Shown: positions 30,530-40,379 of the stretch, one piece after another
Layout: each line of letters begins with the position of its first letter
Numbering within the stretch: position 1 is the first letter of the stretch
Assembly (NCBI GenBank): GCA_963704165.1
Contig: CAVPHD010000005.1
Location: forward strand, 192,001 to 256,000
Length of the DNA: 64,000 nt
Direction: 5' to 3'
From: an uncultured delta proteobacterium
GTDB lineage: Bacteria; Myxococcota_A; UBA9160; SZUA-336
The notes under the pieces: generated by a model
The model's input: the letters and a program-made list of their open reading frames with translations, nothing else
Database searches by the model: none
What the model was told of the DNA's origin: nothing
Position numbers and translations under genes: made by a program

Positions 30530-30645
30530 CGAAACCTCGTCTGTGGGGCGCCCGTGGGCGTCGATCGCTTGTCGGCCCTGGCAAGCGCGGGCTGAAGCCA
30601 AGGGCGCGCTACAGGCCGCCTCGCACAGGGTCGAGAAGAGCGAGG

Positions 30646-31128
30646 ATGGCACCGCACGAGCTGGCCGAGATCATCCAGAAGTCCACGCACAGCGTGTTCT
30701 CGACCATGCTCGGCACGGAGCTCTCCCCGCTCGAGGCACTCGACGATCCCAAACCCTTCATGTCGAGCGAGGTGATCGGCTTCATCGGCATGGCCGGTGA
30801 TTTCGCCGGCTACGTATCGATCCACCTCTCGCGAAGGCAAGCGACGGATTTCACCGCGCGTCTGGTCGGCGTGGACGTCGCCGAGGTGACGTCGGAGGAC
30901 GAGATCCGCGACGCGGTGGGCGAGATCACGAACATGATCGCCGGAAACGTCAAGACGGCGCTCTCGCCGCTCGGCATCGTCGAGATCGCGCTCCCGACGG
31001 TCGTGATGACCCCGAAAGCCGATCTTCGCGTCCAGGGCGCGCGGGGTGTGGCCGTGCCATTCGAGGATTACACGGGCGTGTTTCACGTCGACCTGATCCT
31101 CAGCAGCGGCACAGCCCCGATCCACTAG
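30646..31128 (+). CDS. cheX: CheX-type phosphatase
   Basis: IGFIGMAG, DAVGEITNMIAGN (ExxN), LPTVV. Confidence 0.9.
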   Translation: MAPHELAEIIQKSTHSVFSTMLGTELSPLEALDDPKPFMSSEVIGFIGMAGDFAGYVSIHLSRRQATDFTARLVGVDVAEVTSEDEIRDAVGEITNMIAGNVKTALSPLGIVEIALPTVVMTPKADLRVQGARGVAVPFEDYTGVFHVDLILSSGTAPIH

Positions 31129-31185
31129 CCCCGAGCCGAGATTCCGCTTCGCGACTCGAGCGTTGCTGAGAGCTATGCTCTGGGC

Positions 31186-31626
31186 ATGAAGCGCATGTCA
31201 CTCGCGCTCGCATTCGTGCTGTTCGCGGCGAGCGCGCTCGCGCAGGACGAGGTCGAACTCGATCGCGCTCGCGTGGCGCACGAGCTCTCGCGCGAGCTCA
31301 TGAGCCCGTACTGCCCGGGTCGCACGTTGGCCGACTGTCCGAGCCCCGATGCCGGAGTGGTGCGCGAGGAGATTCGCGAGGCGCTCCGCGCCGGCGAGTC
31401 CAGTGACGCGATTCGCGCGCGCATCGAAGCGCGCTTCGGTGGAAGCGTGATCGGCGTGCCCACCACCACCCTCGGGTGGCTGATTCCCATACTCATGCTC
31501 GCGGCGGGCGCCGTCGTGCTCGTGTTCGCGCTTCGTCGCGCTCTCGCACCTCCCGCGATCGCGCCGCGGGTCTCCCCCGAAATGGTGACTCGGCTCACAA
31601 GAGAGCTGCGCGACCTCGAACGCTGA
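31186..31626 (+). CDS. ccmH: Cytochrome c biogenesis protein CcmH/NrfF-like
   Basis: Signal peptide, ELMSPYCPGRTLADCPS, IR..I.ARFG, C-terminal TM with WLIP. Confidence 0.75.
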   Translation: MKRMSLALAFVLFAASALAQDEVELDRARVAHELSRELMSPYCPGRTLADCPSPDAGVVREEIREALRAGESSDAIRARIEARFGGSVIGVPTTTLGWLIPILMLAAGAVVLVFALRRALAPPAIAPRVSPEMVTRLTRELRDLER

Positions 31627-31763
31627 GTTCACGCGCGTCGGAGACGCATCTCCGGGCGCAATCTCCGGCGGCATCCGCACTTCTCGCATGTGCAACGCGC
31701 CGCGCGCACCGCGCGTGAGAGTCGTCACGCTGTTCGGTTTTCGCGCGCCGATCCATACAGGCG

Positions 31764-34052
31764 ATGAAGAAGCGCTTCGCTCTGCATGTGCTGTCGACGG
31801 TGATCGTGCTTTTCGGACTCGCCGCGTCCACTCCGGCGCAAGCCCAGCTTCGCAGTCACGAGCTGCGATTCGTTCCGCCGAGCGATGCGCGCGTCGTAGG
31901 ATTTCACGTCTATGTGAGCTCGGACTCCATGTCGTTCGCGGACTGGCGAGACGACGTGAACTTCGTGCCTCCGGTCGACGCGAGCGGATCCGCCGCGTTC
32001 ATGCTGACGGGCCTGGAGGTGAACGACGACGTCTACATCGCGATGAAGTCGTACGACCAGGAAGGGGAGGAGTCGGTCCTCTCGAACGAGATCCGACTGC
32101 CGGCCCAACCGCTCTGCGAGACGAGCGGCTGCAACGACGGCAATCCGTGCACGGTCGACACCTGCACCGCGAACGGCTGCACGTTCGACGCGTCCGCCCT
32201 GCGCGGAACGGTCTGCAACGACGGCAACGCGAGCACGTACGGCGATGTCTGCGGCGCGAGCGGGATCTGCTCCGGCACGACCGGCCAGTGCAACATCGAC
32301 GCGGACTGCGGCGCGTCGAGCAATGCCTGCGCAGGGCCGCGCGTCTGTTCGAATCACGTCTGCGTCGATGGCGCTCCGCGCGCGAACGGCACGAGCTGCA
32401 GCGATGGGAGTGCGAGTACACGCTACGACGTCTGTGAGTCGGGAACGTGCCGCGGGTACGCCTGTGGAAGCGACTCCCACTGTTCCGACTCGGAGGGCTG
32501 CAATGGCGTCGAGCGTTGCGTGAATCGAGTCTGCGTCGCCGGAACTCCGATGGTCTGCGGCGACGGAAACGTCTGCAATGGCACCGAGTCCTGCAGCCTA
32601 TCGACCTGCGTCTCGGGCCAGGCGATGCAATGCCCGCTCGAAGGGGGCCCCTGCTTCGACTCCTTCTGCGATCCCGCCGAGGGATGCAGCGTCGAGGCCC
32701 ATCCCGACGGGTCCACGTGCACGACCTCGGCGTCGAGTCTCGCGGGTCGGTGCGCGAGCGGACTCTGCATCGCCGACGTGTCTCCGCCCCCGGGCGGCGG
32801 CGATCCGGTGGATTGTGACGCGGCGTATGGCCCGCCCACCGATGTCTACCAGGCGCTCGCCGGGTCGTCCGAAAGCACGCGCAGGATCGTCTGGTCCGCG
32901 CCGCTGCACCCGATGGGCGCGCAGATCGACTACCGGGCGGAATTCGAGAACCGCTGGACGACGCTGCGAGCCTACCCGGATTCGTCGGACGGCTGCGAAG
33001 CGGTGTGGTCCGCGACTCTCACCGGACTCAAGTCGCGCGTGCGCTACGTCTACCGGGTGAGCGGCGCGTCCCCCGAGGGCCGTGTCTTCAGCGACTCGTT
33101 CGCACTCCGAGGCGGCCCCGCGTCGTCGCGCGATTCGGTCAAGTTCGCGTTCTTCGCCTCGAACGGTCTCGCCGCGAGCGCGCAATCGACTCGAGCGGCG
33201 AGCGTGCTCGCGCAGATTCGAAGCGGTGGCTACCCGCTCGTGCTCGGCGGCGGCGGTTTCGCGCTCTCGAACGAGGCGATCGCGTCCGGAGCCGCTTCCG
33301 ACGCGGACTCGGCGATTCGCGCCTGGAAGCAGCAGGCGAGCGCGGTCAGCGCGAACTCGATCTTCGCGCCGGTACTCGGCGACACCGAGGTCGAGAGCTA
33401 CGCGCACTCGGAGGACGCGGCTGACTACGCGGAGTTCATGTCCGCCGTCGGAAACGCCTCGCCGCCGGATCCGAGCTACTCGTACGACTTCGGCGGCGTT
33501 CATTTCGTCGCGCTGCATGCTCCGAATCTGGGCAGCCTGTACTCGCGTACGAGCGCCGGAGCCGCGAAGCTCGCCTGGCTCGACGCCGATCTCGCTGCGG
33601 CGCGGGCGAGCGGCGCGCGCTGGATCGTCGTCTACATGCACGTCGATCTGCTCTCGAGCGAGCGCATCGACGCGCTGTCGATCTCGGTTCGCAAGTCGCT
33701 CGGTGCGATCCTGGAGCGCCACGGTGTGAATCTCGTCCTGTCCGGCGAGGGCAACAGCTACGAGCGATCCAATGCGCTGCGCGGTCCGCTCGAGAGCCCG
33801 GTCGTCGGCCCCAAGTCCCGCCGGGTCGTGACCGCCCGAGACGGGATCGTTCTCGTGCGCGCGGGCTCCGGTGGTCGAACCGAGTTCGGCCGCTGGATCT
33901 TCGAGACCCCCCCCGACTGGTCGGCCGTGCGCAACAACGCGACGGCGGTGTACCTGGGCGTGACGGCCAACGGCAACTCGCTGGGCGTGGTCGCCTACGC
34001 CGTCGACGAGAACGGCTTGCGAAGCGTGATCGACGCCGTCGAGATGCGCTGA
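31764..34052 (+). CDS. Secreted modular protein: FN3-like domain, Cys-rich repeats, purple-acid-phosphatase-like domain with degenerate metal motifs
   Basis: Signal peptide; repeats CNDGNPCTVDTC, CGDGNVCNGTESC; LTGLKSRVRYVYRV; SYSYDFGGVHFVAL, WLDADL, WIVVYMH, VNLVLSG. Confidence 0.75.
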   Translation: MKKRFALHVLSTVIVLFGLAASTPAQAQLRSHELRFVPPSDARVVGFHVYVSSDSMSFADWRDDVNFVPPVDASGSAAFMLTGLEVNDDVYIAMKSYDQEGEESVLSNEIRLPAQPLCETSGCNDGNPCTVDTCTANGCTFDASALRGTVCNDGNASTYGDVCGASGICSGTTGQCNIDADCGASSNACAGPRVCSNHVCVDGAPRANGTSCSDGSASTRYDVCESGTCRGYACGSDSHCSDSEGCNGVERCVNRVCVAGTPMVCGDGNVCNGTESCSLSTCVSGQAMQCPLEGGPCFDSFCDPAEGCSVEAHPDGSTCTTSASSLAGRCASGLCIADVSPPPGGGDPVDCDAAYGPPTDVYQALAGSSESTRRIVWSAPLHPMGAQIDYRAEFENRWTTLRAYPDSSDGCEAVWSATLTGLKSRVRYVYRVSGASPEGRVFSDSFALRGGPASSRDSVKFAFFASNGLAASAQSTRAASVLAQIRSGGYPLVLGGGGFALSNEAIASGAASDADSAIRAWKQQASAVSANSIFAPVLGDTEVESYAHSEDAADYAEFMSAVGNASPPDPSYSYDFGGVHFVALHAPNLGSLYSRTSAGAAKLAWLDADLAAARASGARWIVVYMHVDLLSSERIDALSISVRKSLGAILERHGVNLVLSGEGNSYERSNALRGPLESPVVGPKSRRVVTARDGIVLVRAGSGGRTEFGRWIFETPPDWSAVRNNATAVYLGVTANGNSLGVVAYAVDENGLRSVIDAVEMR

Positions 34053-34384
34053 CGTATCCCTGTTCCGCTCCTCGGATTCCGCGAGGGGGAAACAGGCTTC
34101 CACTCCACCCTCGAGGCCAGGAGGTCCGCCGGCGCGCAGGCGTACGGGCGTGTGTCCGCCGCTGCACGGAATCCGGGGCCGGCGGCTTCCGCTGGCACGG
34201 ATTCTGCTCGACCCCGAGGCACGACCGCTGATCGGACGTGCACCGGGGTCGGAGCGCAGCAGGCACTCCCAACTCTTCTCTCCCCCACAGAGAACTGCCG
34301 GAAAGCCGGCCGAGCCGAGCCGCCCGGCCCCGGATGCACGACCGAGTTGCTATCGTCGCCCTCGAGGTCACAGGAGGGCGAGCG

Positions 34385-37066
34385 ATGGCGGGTTTCGCGG
34401 AGGGCACACTTCGAGTCGGGACGAAGTCCTATCGAATCCACCGACTCGCGGCCGTCGAGGACGCCGGACTCGGCAAGCTCGCGCGGCTTCCCCGCTCGAT
34501 CCGAGTCCTGCTCGAGAATCTGCTCCGCCACGAGGACGGCGTCACGGTCGTGCGCGAGGACATCGCGGCGCTCGCGGCCTGGCGGAGCGACGGCAAGAAC
34601 ACGCGCGAGATCGCGTATCGACCCGCTCGTGTCGTCCTGCAGGACCTGACGGGTGTGCCCGCGGTCGTCGATCTCGCCGTCATGCGCGATGCGATGACGG
34701 ATCTCGGCGGAGACCCCAAGCGCATCAATCCTCTGTGTCCCGCGGACCTGGTGATCGACCACTCGGTGCACGTCGATTTCTACGGCACGGCGGACGCGCT
34801 CGAGAAGAACTCGAAGCTCGAGTTCGAACGCAATATCGAGCGCTTCGAGTTCCTGCGCTGGGGACAGTCCGCGTTCTCGTCGTTTCGGGTCGTTCCGCCG
34901 GCGACCGGGATCGTTCACCAGGTGAACCTCGAATATCTCGCCCCGGTGGTGTTTGCGGACCCATCCGGCGACGTGCCGCTCGCCTACCCGGACACGGTCG
35001 TCGGCACCGACTCGCACACGACGATGATCGGTGCCGTGGGCGTGGTCGGCTGGGGCGTCGGCGGGATCGAGGCCGAGGCGTGCCTGCTCGGTCAACCTCT
35101 CACGATGTTGATTCCGGACGTCGTCGGCTTCGAGCTCACGGGTCAGCTTCCGGCGGGCGCGACGGCGACGGATCTCGTTCTGACGATCACGCAGACCCTG
35201 CGCAAGCACGGAGTGGTCGAGAAGTTCGTCGAGTTCTTCGGCCCCGGCATGCGTTCACTCGCCGTCGCCGACCGCGCGACGATCGCGAACATGGCACCGG
35301 AATACGGCGCCACCATCGGCTTCTTCCCTGTCGACGAGAAGACGCTCGAGTATCTGCGACTCACCGGCCGCAGTGAGGAATCGATCGCGCTCGTCGAGGC
35401 GTACTGGCGCGCCCAGGGGATCTTCGCCGAGGCGGATTCTCCCGATCCGGAGTTCGGCGCCAGGCTCAAGCTCGACCTGTCCACGGTGGTGCCGTGCCTT
35501 GCCGGCCCGTCTCGCCCGCAGGATCGCGTCGCACTCGGCGACGTCGCGTCCGATTTCGCGCGACAGCTTCCGAAGCTCGTCGGCGGAAAGACCGAGCCCG
35601 ATCCTGCGGCGCTCGCAAAGAGAGTGCGCGTCGGCGAGGGATCGGGCGGCTACGAGCTCGGTCACGGCAGCGTCGTGATCGCGGCGATCACGAGCTGCAC
35701 GAACACGTCGAACCCGAGCGTTCTCACCGCGGCCGGGCTCCTGGCGCGCAACGCGATCGCCCGCGGCCTCGACGTGAAGCCGTGGGTGAAGACCAGTCTC
35801 GCACCCGGCTCGCGTGTCGTCGCCGACTACCTCGCGCATTCGGGATTGCTCGCGCACCTCGAGAAGCTCGGCTTCAACGTGGTCGGTTACGGCTGCACGA
35901 CTTGCATCGGCAACAGCGGACCCCTGCCGAAGCCGGTCGCGGACGCGATCGGAGAGGGAAACCTCGTCGCTGCGGCGGTGCTCTCCGGCAACCGGAACTT
36001 CGAGGGACGGATCAGCGCGCTCGTGCGCGCGAACTACCTGGCTTCACCGCCGCTCGTGGTCGCCTACGCGCTCGCGGGGCGCATCGATGTCGACCTCTCG
36101 CGCGAGCCGATCGGGACCGACGAGGCCGGCAAGCCCGTGCTCCTCTCCGACATCTGGCCGAGCGCGGAAGAGGTCGCGCGCACCGTCGCGAGCTCGGTGA
36201 AATCCGAGATGTTCCGCAAGCGCTATGCGGACGTCTTCGAGGGTGACGCGGCCTGGCGCGCGATCGAAGCGCCGGAAGGGGATCGCTACGCGTGGTCGAA
36301 GAGCTCGACCTACATCCGAAAACCGCCGTTCTTCGACGGGATCAAGCGCGAGCCCGACGCCCGCGAGGACGTTCACGGTGCGCGCGTGCTCGCGCTGCTC
36401 GGAGACTCGGTCACGACCGACCACATCTCGCCCGCGGGCTCGATCGCGGTCAAGAGCCCGGCGGGACGCTGGCTCGTCGAGCAGGGAGTCGCGCCCGCGG
36501 ACTTCAATTCCTACGGCGCGCGGCGCGGGAACTACGAGGTCATGGTGCGCGGAACGTTCGCGAATACCCGCATCAAGAATCTGCTGGCGCCTGGAACCGA
36601 GGGGGGAGTCACGACCTATCTGCCCGACGGCGACGTGACGACGATCTTCGAGGCGGCCGAGCGCTACGCTCGCGCGGGAACGCCCCTGATCGTGCTCGCG
36701 GGCGCCGAGTACGGCACGGGCTCGTCGCGGGACTGGGCCGCCAAGGGCACGATGCTGCTCGGTGTTCGCGCCGTGATCGCGACGAGCTTCGAGCGCATCC
36801 ACCGCAGCAACCTCGTGGGCATGGGCGTGCTGCCGCTCGAGTTCGCGGAAGGCGGGAATCCGGCATCGCTCGGACTCACCGGCCGCGAGCTCTTCGACAT
36901 CGAGGGGCTCTCCCGCCTTCGGCCGCGCGCCGAGATCTCGGTGCGGGCGCGGCTCGACGGGGGCGAGCGCAGCTTCCCCGTCGTCGTACGCATCGACACC
37001 CCACGCGAGCTCGAGTACTTCGAGCACGGCGGCATCCTGCCCTACGTCCTGAGACAGCTCGTCTGA
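34385..37066 (+). CDS. acnA: Aconitate hydratase A
   Basis: SD caggagg; LLENLLR, DLVIDHSV, GTDSHTTM, AAITSCTNTSNP, YGCTTCIGNSG, TTDHISP, GSSRDWAAKG. Confidence 0.97.
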   Translation: MAGFAEGTLRVGTKSYRIHRLAAVEDAGLGKLARLPRSIRVLLENLLRHEDGVTVVREDIAALAAWRSDGKNTREIAYRPARVVLQDLTGVPAVVDLAVMRDAMTDLGGDPKRINPLCPADLVIDHSVHVDFYGTADALEKNSKLEFERNIERFEFLRWGQSAFSSFRVVPPATGIVHQVNLEYLAPVVFADPSGDVPLAYPDTVVGTDSHTTMIGAVGVVGWGVGGIEAEACLLGQPLTMLIPDVVGFELTGQLPAGATATDLVLTITQTLRKHGVVEKFVEFFGPGMRSLAVADRATIANMAPEYGATIGFFPVDEKTLEYLRLTGRSEESIALVEAYWRAQGIFAEADSPDPEFGARLKLDLSTVVPCLAGPSRPQDRVALGDVASDFARQLPKLVGGKTEPDPAALAKRVRVGEGSGGYELGHGSVVIAAITSCTNTSNPSVLTAAGLLARNAIARGLDVKPWVKTSLAPGSRVVADYLAHSGLLAHLEKLGFNVVGYGCTTCIGNSGPLPKPVADAIGEGNLVAAAVLSGNRNFEGRISALVRANYLASPPLVVAYALAGRIDVDLSREPIGTDEAGKPVLLSDIWPSAEEVARTVASSVKSEMFRKRYADVFEGDAAWRAIEAPEGDRYAWSKSSTYIRKPPFFDGIKREPDAREDVHGARVLALLGDSVTTDHISPAGSIAVKSPAGRWLVEQGVAPADFNSYGARRGNYEVMVRGTFANTRIKNLLAPGTEGGVTTYLPDGDVTTIFEAAERYARAGTPLIVLAGAEYGTGSSRDWAAKGTMLLGVRAVIATSFERIHRSNLVGMGVLPLEFAEGGNPASLGLTGRELFDIEGLSRLRPRAEISVRARLDGGERSFPVVVRIDTPRELEYFEHGGILPYVLRQLV

Positions 37067-37212
37067 CCTCTCCCGTCCGCGCGCGTCCGGTCTGACATCG
37101 TCCGAGCGCCCCCGGCCCTGGTCGAGTTCGAGTTCGCACGCGCCGATCCACAGGAAGGCTGCGTTACGGATTCGTTCGTATCCGTATCGATGCGTGCCGT
37201 GCGAGGGAAGAA

Positions 37213-39885
37213 TTGCTCTCTGATCCGAATTTGATCGCCGAGTTCGTGGTCGAGTCGCTCGAGCATCTCGAAGCGATCGAACCCCTCCTGCTCGAACTCG
37301 AGAAGCGCGGCGCGGCGGATGACGCGTCGTTGAACGAGGTCTTTCGCGCGATTCACAGCATCAAGGGAGCCGCGGGCTTCCTCGGGCTCGAGAACGTCTG
37401 CTCGCTCTCGCACGCCGGCGAGAGCCTGCTCATGAAGCTCCGCGACGGTCAGTGTCCGTTCCGCGCCGAGATGGCGGAGCCGCTCCTGCGCGCCGTCGAT
37501 GCGCTGCGCACGTTGTTGCGTGGCCTTCCGGAGTCGCAAGGCGAGCGCGCGAGCGAGCTGATCGCGAAGCTCGAGGCGCTGCTCGAGCCGGCGACCGACG
37601 TGCACGCGGTTGGCGCAGAGTCGGAGGGATTCGCCGGGGATTGTGAGGCGCAGCGGAGCAAGGGGCACCATCTCGTGCGCATCGCGCTTCCGGCGCGCAA
37701 GCGCGAGCGAACCAAGCTCGTCGCGAAGCTCGAGCGCTACGGCGAGCTCGTTCCCGAGCCGACAGGGGATGGCAAGAGCGTCGTCGTCGGCTCGCCGCTC
37801 GAGCCGGACCTTCTGGCCGAGGCGATCGAGCTCGATCCGTCGCTTCTCGAGCCGGTCGGCGCGAGTGCCCCCGTGGGAGCCCAGGAATTCGGGCTTCCCG
37901 ATTCGACCCGGCCGCTCGCGTTCTATACCGGCCAGATCGCCGTCGATCTCGGCTTCATCACCGACGAGAACCGTCGCGAGATCCTGCGCGCGCAGCAGCG
38001 ATCCTTGCTGCGCCGCTCCTTCGGCGAGACGGCGATCGAGCTCGGTCTGCTGTCCGCGTCGGGTGTCGAGACGATCGTGAGCACGCAGGCGCGGCTTCTC
38101 GCCGAAGCGGGCCTCGAGGCACTCCCCTCCGAGGATGCGGAGCTCGAATCCGATGCCGCGACCGACGCGAAGGGCGCCATCGGACGCGGCCCGCGCAACG
38201 ATGCGACCGGAACGCTCGAGAAGCGGGCCGACACGATCCGTGTCTCGCTCGCGCGGCTCGACAAGCTCATGAACCTGGCCGGCGAGCTCGTTCTCGCTCG
38301 GAATCAGATGAGACAGCTGCTCGAAGCCTCCAAGCACGCGGGTGTCAAGGAGGTTCTGCAGAGTCTCGACCTCGTCACGAGCGAGCTGCAAGAGAACATC
38401 ATGAACACGCGGATGCAGCCGATTCGAGTGCTCTTCGACCGGATGCCGCGGCTCGTGCGCGATCTGGCGCAGAAGCTCGGCAAGAAGGTCGAGCTCGAGA
38501 TCGGCGGAGCCGACGTCGAGCTCGACCGGTCGATCATCGAAGCGCTCGCGGATCCGATGACGCACATGCTGCGCAACGCGCTCGACCATGGCCTCGAGGA
38601 CCCGCAGGGCCGCGCCGTGCTGGGAAAGCCCGAGACCGGCCGGGTGTGGGTGCGCGCATTCCACGAATGCGGTCGCGTCATGATCGAGGTTCGCGACGAC
38701 GGGCGCGGCATCGATCCCGAAAGGGTGAAGGATTTCGCGATCGCGCGCGGCGCGATCAGCGAGGAGCAGGGCGCGACGATCTCCGAGAAGGACGCGATCT
38801 CGCTGATCTTCGAGCCGGGCCTGTCTACGGCACCCGAGATCTCCAATCTCTCGGGGCGCGGCGTCGGCATGGACGTGGTGCGTACGAACATCTCGAACCT
38901 GGGCGGCCAGATCGACGTCGTGACCGCGATCGGCGAGGGCACCACGCTGCGCGTGCACCTGCCGCTCACGCTGGCGATCATCCCATCGTTGATCGTCTCG
39001 GTCGCGGGCGAGCGTTTCGCGGTTCCGCAGGTCAACGTCGTCGAGGTCGTGCGCCTGAAATCCGAGGCGCAACAGATCGAACGCATCCGTTCGACCGAGG
39101 TGCTGCGCCTTCGCGGAGAGCTGCTGCCGCTGGTCCGGCTCGCAGACTGCCTCGAGATTCCGATGTCGGAGGGTGTGAAGCGACCGCGGTCGAACGTGGT
39201 CGTGGTCCGAAGCGGCTCGCACCTGTTCGGATTGGTCGTCGACGAGCTGCACGATCACGAAGAGATCGTCGTGAAGCCGGTCTCGTCCCACCTCGCCGAC
39301 TGCGGCTGGTACGCGGGTGCGACGATCCTGGGCGACGGGCGAGTGGCGATGATTCTCGACACGATCGGGATCGCGCGGCGCTCGGGGACTCGCTTCGAGC
39401 AGGTCGTCGAGGCGTCCAAACGGGGCTCGCGCGCCGGATCGGCGCCGGAGACTCCGGGTGCGGAGCGCCGGTCCCTGGTCCTGTTCGCGAACACCGCCGA
39501 CGAACGCTTCGCGGTTCCGCTCAGCGATCTGCTGCGGCTCGAGCGTGTCGACAAGACGCAGGTGGAGTGGATCGGCGACAAGCCGTTCCTGAACCACCGG
39601 GGTCGGGCGATCCCACTCGTGAATCTCGAAGACGTGCTGCCGGTCGGTGGCAACTCGGGCGACAGCGACGAGTTCTTCGTTCTGATCCCGCGCATCGACG
39701 GGTACGAGGCCGGGATCATCGCCTCGCGAATCGTCGACACGCTCGAGAGCGACGCGCAGCCGGAATCCGCGCAGATCCACGCGCGCGGATTGCTCGGATC
39801 CGCGATCGTCGATGATCGCCTCACGCTCTTCCTCGACGCGCGTCAGCTGCTCGAAGCGGCGGGGATCGAGAGGATGGGCGTATGA
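37213..39885 (+). CDS. cheA: Chemotaxis histidine kinase CheA with MshEN-like insert and two CheW-like domains
   Basis: HPt FRAIHSIKG, LMNLAGELV, HMLRNALDHGLE, DDGRGID, SGRGVGMDVV, LPLTLAII. Confidence 0.95.
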   Translation: MLSDPNLIAEFVVESLEHLEAIEPLLLELEKRGAADDASLNEVFRAIHSIKGAAGFLGLENVCSLSHAGESLLMKLRDGQCPFRAEMAEPLLRAVDALRTLLRGLPESQGERASELIAKLEALLEPATDVHAVGAESEGFAGDCEAQRSKGHHLVRIALPARKRERTKLVAKLERYGELVPEPTGDGKSVVVGSPLEPDLLAEAIELDPSLLEPVGASAPVGAQEFGLPDSTRPLAFYTGQIAVDLGFITDENRREILRAQQRSLLRRSFGETAIELGLLSASGVETIVSTQARLLAEAGLEALPSEDAELESDAATDAKGAIGRGPRNDATGTLEKRADTIRVSLARLDKLMNLAGELVLARNQMRQLLEASKHAGVKEVLQSLDLVTSELQENIMNTRMQPIRVLFDRMPRLVRDLAQKLGKKVELEIGGADVELDRSIIEALADPMTHMLRNALDHGLEDPQGRAVLGKPETGRVWVRAFHECGRVMIEVRDDGRGIDPERVKDFAIARGAISEEQGATISEKDAISLIFEPGLSTAPEISNLSGRGVGMDVVRTNISNLGGQIDVVTAIGEGTTLRVHLPLTLAIIPSLIVSVAGERFAVPQVNVVEVVRLKSEAQQIERIRSTEVLRLRGELLPLVRLADCLEIPMSEGVKRPRSNVVVVRSGSHLFGLVVDELHDHEEIVVKPVSSHLADCGWYAGATILGDGRVAMILDTIGIARRSGTRFEQVVEASKRGSRAGSAPETPGAERRSLVLFANTADERFAVPLSDLLRLERVDKTQVEWIGDKPFLNHRGRAIPLVNLEDVLPVGGNSGDSDEFFVLIPRIDGYEAGIIASRIVDTLESDAQPESAQIHARGLLGSAIVDDRLTLFLDARQLLEAAGIERMGV

Positions 39886-40376
39886 CGACACCCGTCGCGG
39901 GCGCGCCGAAGCGCCTCTGCACGTTCTACCTCGGCGAGGAACGCTACGGGATCGACATCCTCACGGTGCGCGAGATCAACCGCCAGGTGGAGATCACGCC
40001 CGCGCGCGGAGGGCCGAAGGCCGTGCGAGGCTTCGTGAACCTGCGCGGCCAGATCGTGACCGTGATCGATCCGGCGGTGCGGCTCGGATACCCGCCGCGC
40101 GAGCTGCTCCGGACCAGCCGACTGGTCATTCTGAAGACGAATGCAGATCTTCAGAGACTCGGCCTGGCCGACCTCGAAACCGACGATGAGCTCGCAGGGC
40201 TGTGGATCGATCGCATCGCGGACGTCGTCACCGTCGAAGCCGATCAGATCAGTCCGGCGCCACCCGATCAGTCCAACGACGGTCGTTCGTCGATCTCTGC
40301 CGTCGTGCAGCAGAACGAACAGGTCATCCGTCTGGTCGACCCGAGTGCTCTCCTGCACCCGGGCGAGTCGGGATAG
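39882..40376 (+). CDS. cheW: Chemotaxis coupling protein CheW
   Basis: YGIDILTVREI, GFVNLRGQIVTVID. Confidence 0.93.
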   Translation: MTTPVAGAPKRLCTFYLGEERYGIDILTVREINRQVEITPARGGPKAVRGFVNLRGQIVTVIDPAVRLGYPPRELLRTSRLVILKTNADLQRLGLADLETDDELAGLWIDRIADVVTVEADQISPAPPDQSNDGRSSISAVVQQNEQVIRLVDPSALLHPGESG

Positions 40377-40379
40377 CTC

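Noticed and set aside
34059..34350. tRNA-Sec, 6S, SRP, RNase P or group II intron domain V in the structured spacer
   Set aside because: No UCA anticodon arm, SRP loop or RNase P signature seen; a GCACGTCCG fragment lacks the paired catalytic-triad strand
37042..39891. 949-aa antisense ORF over cheA, and similar long antisense ORFs throughout
   Set aside because: Mirror frames of well-supported genes; no independent coding signal
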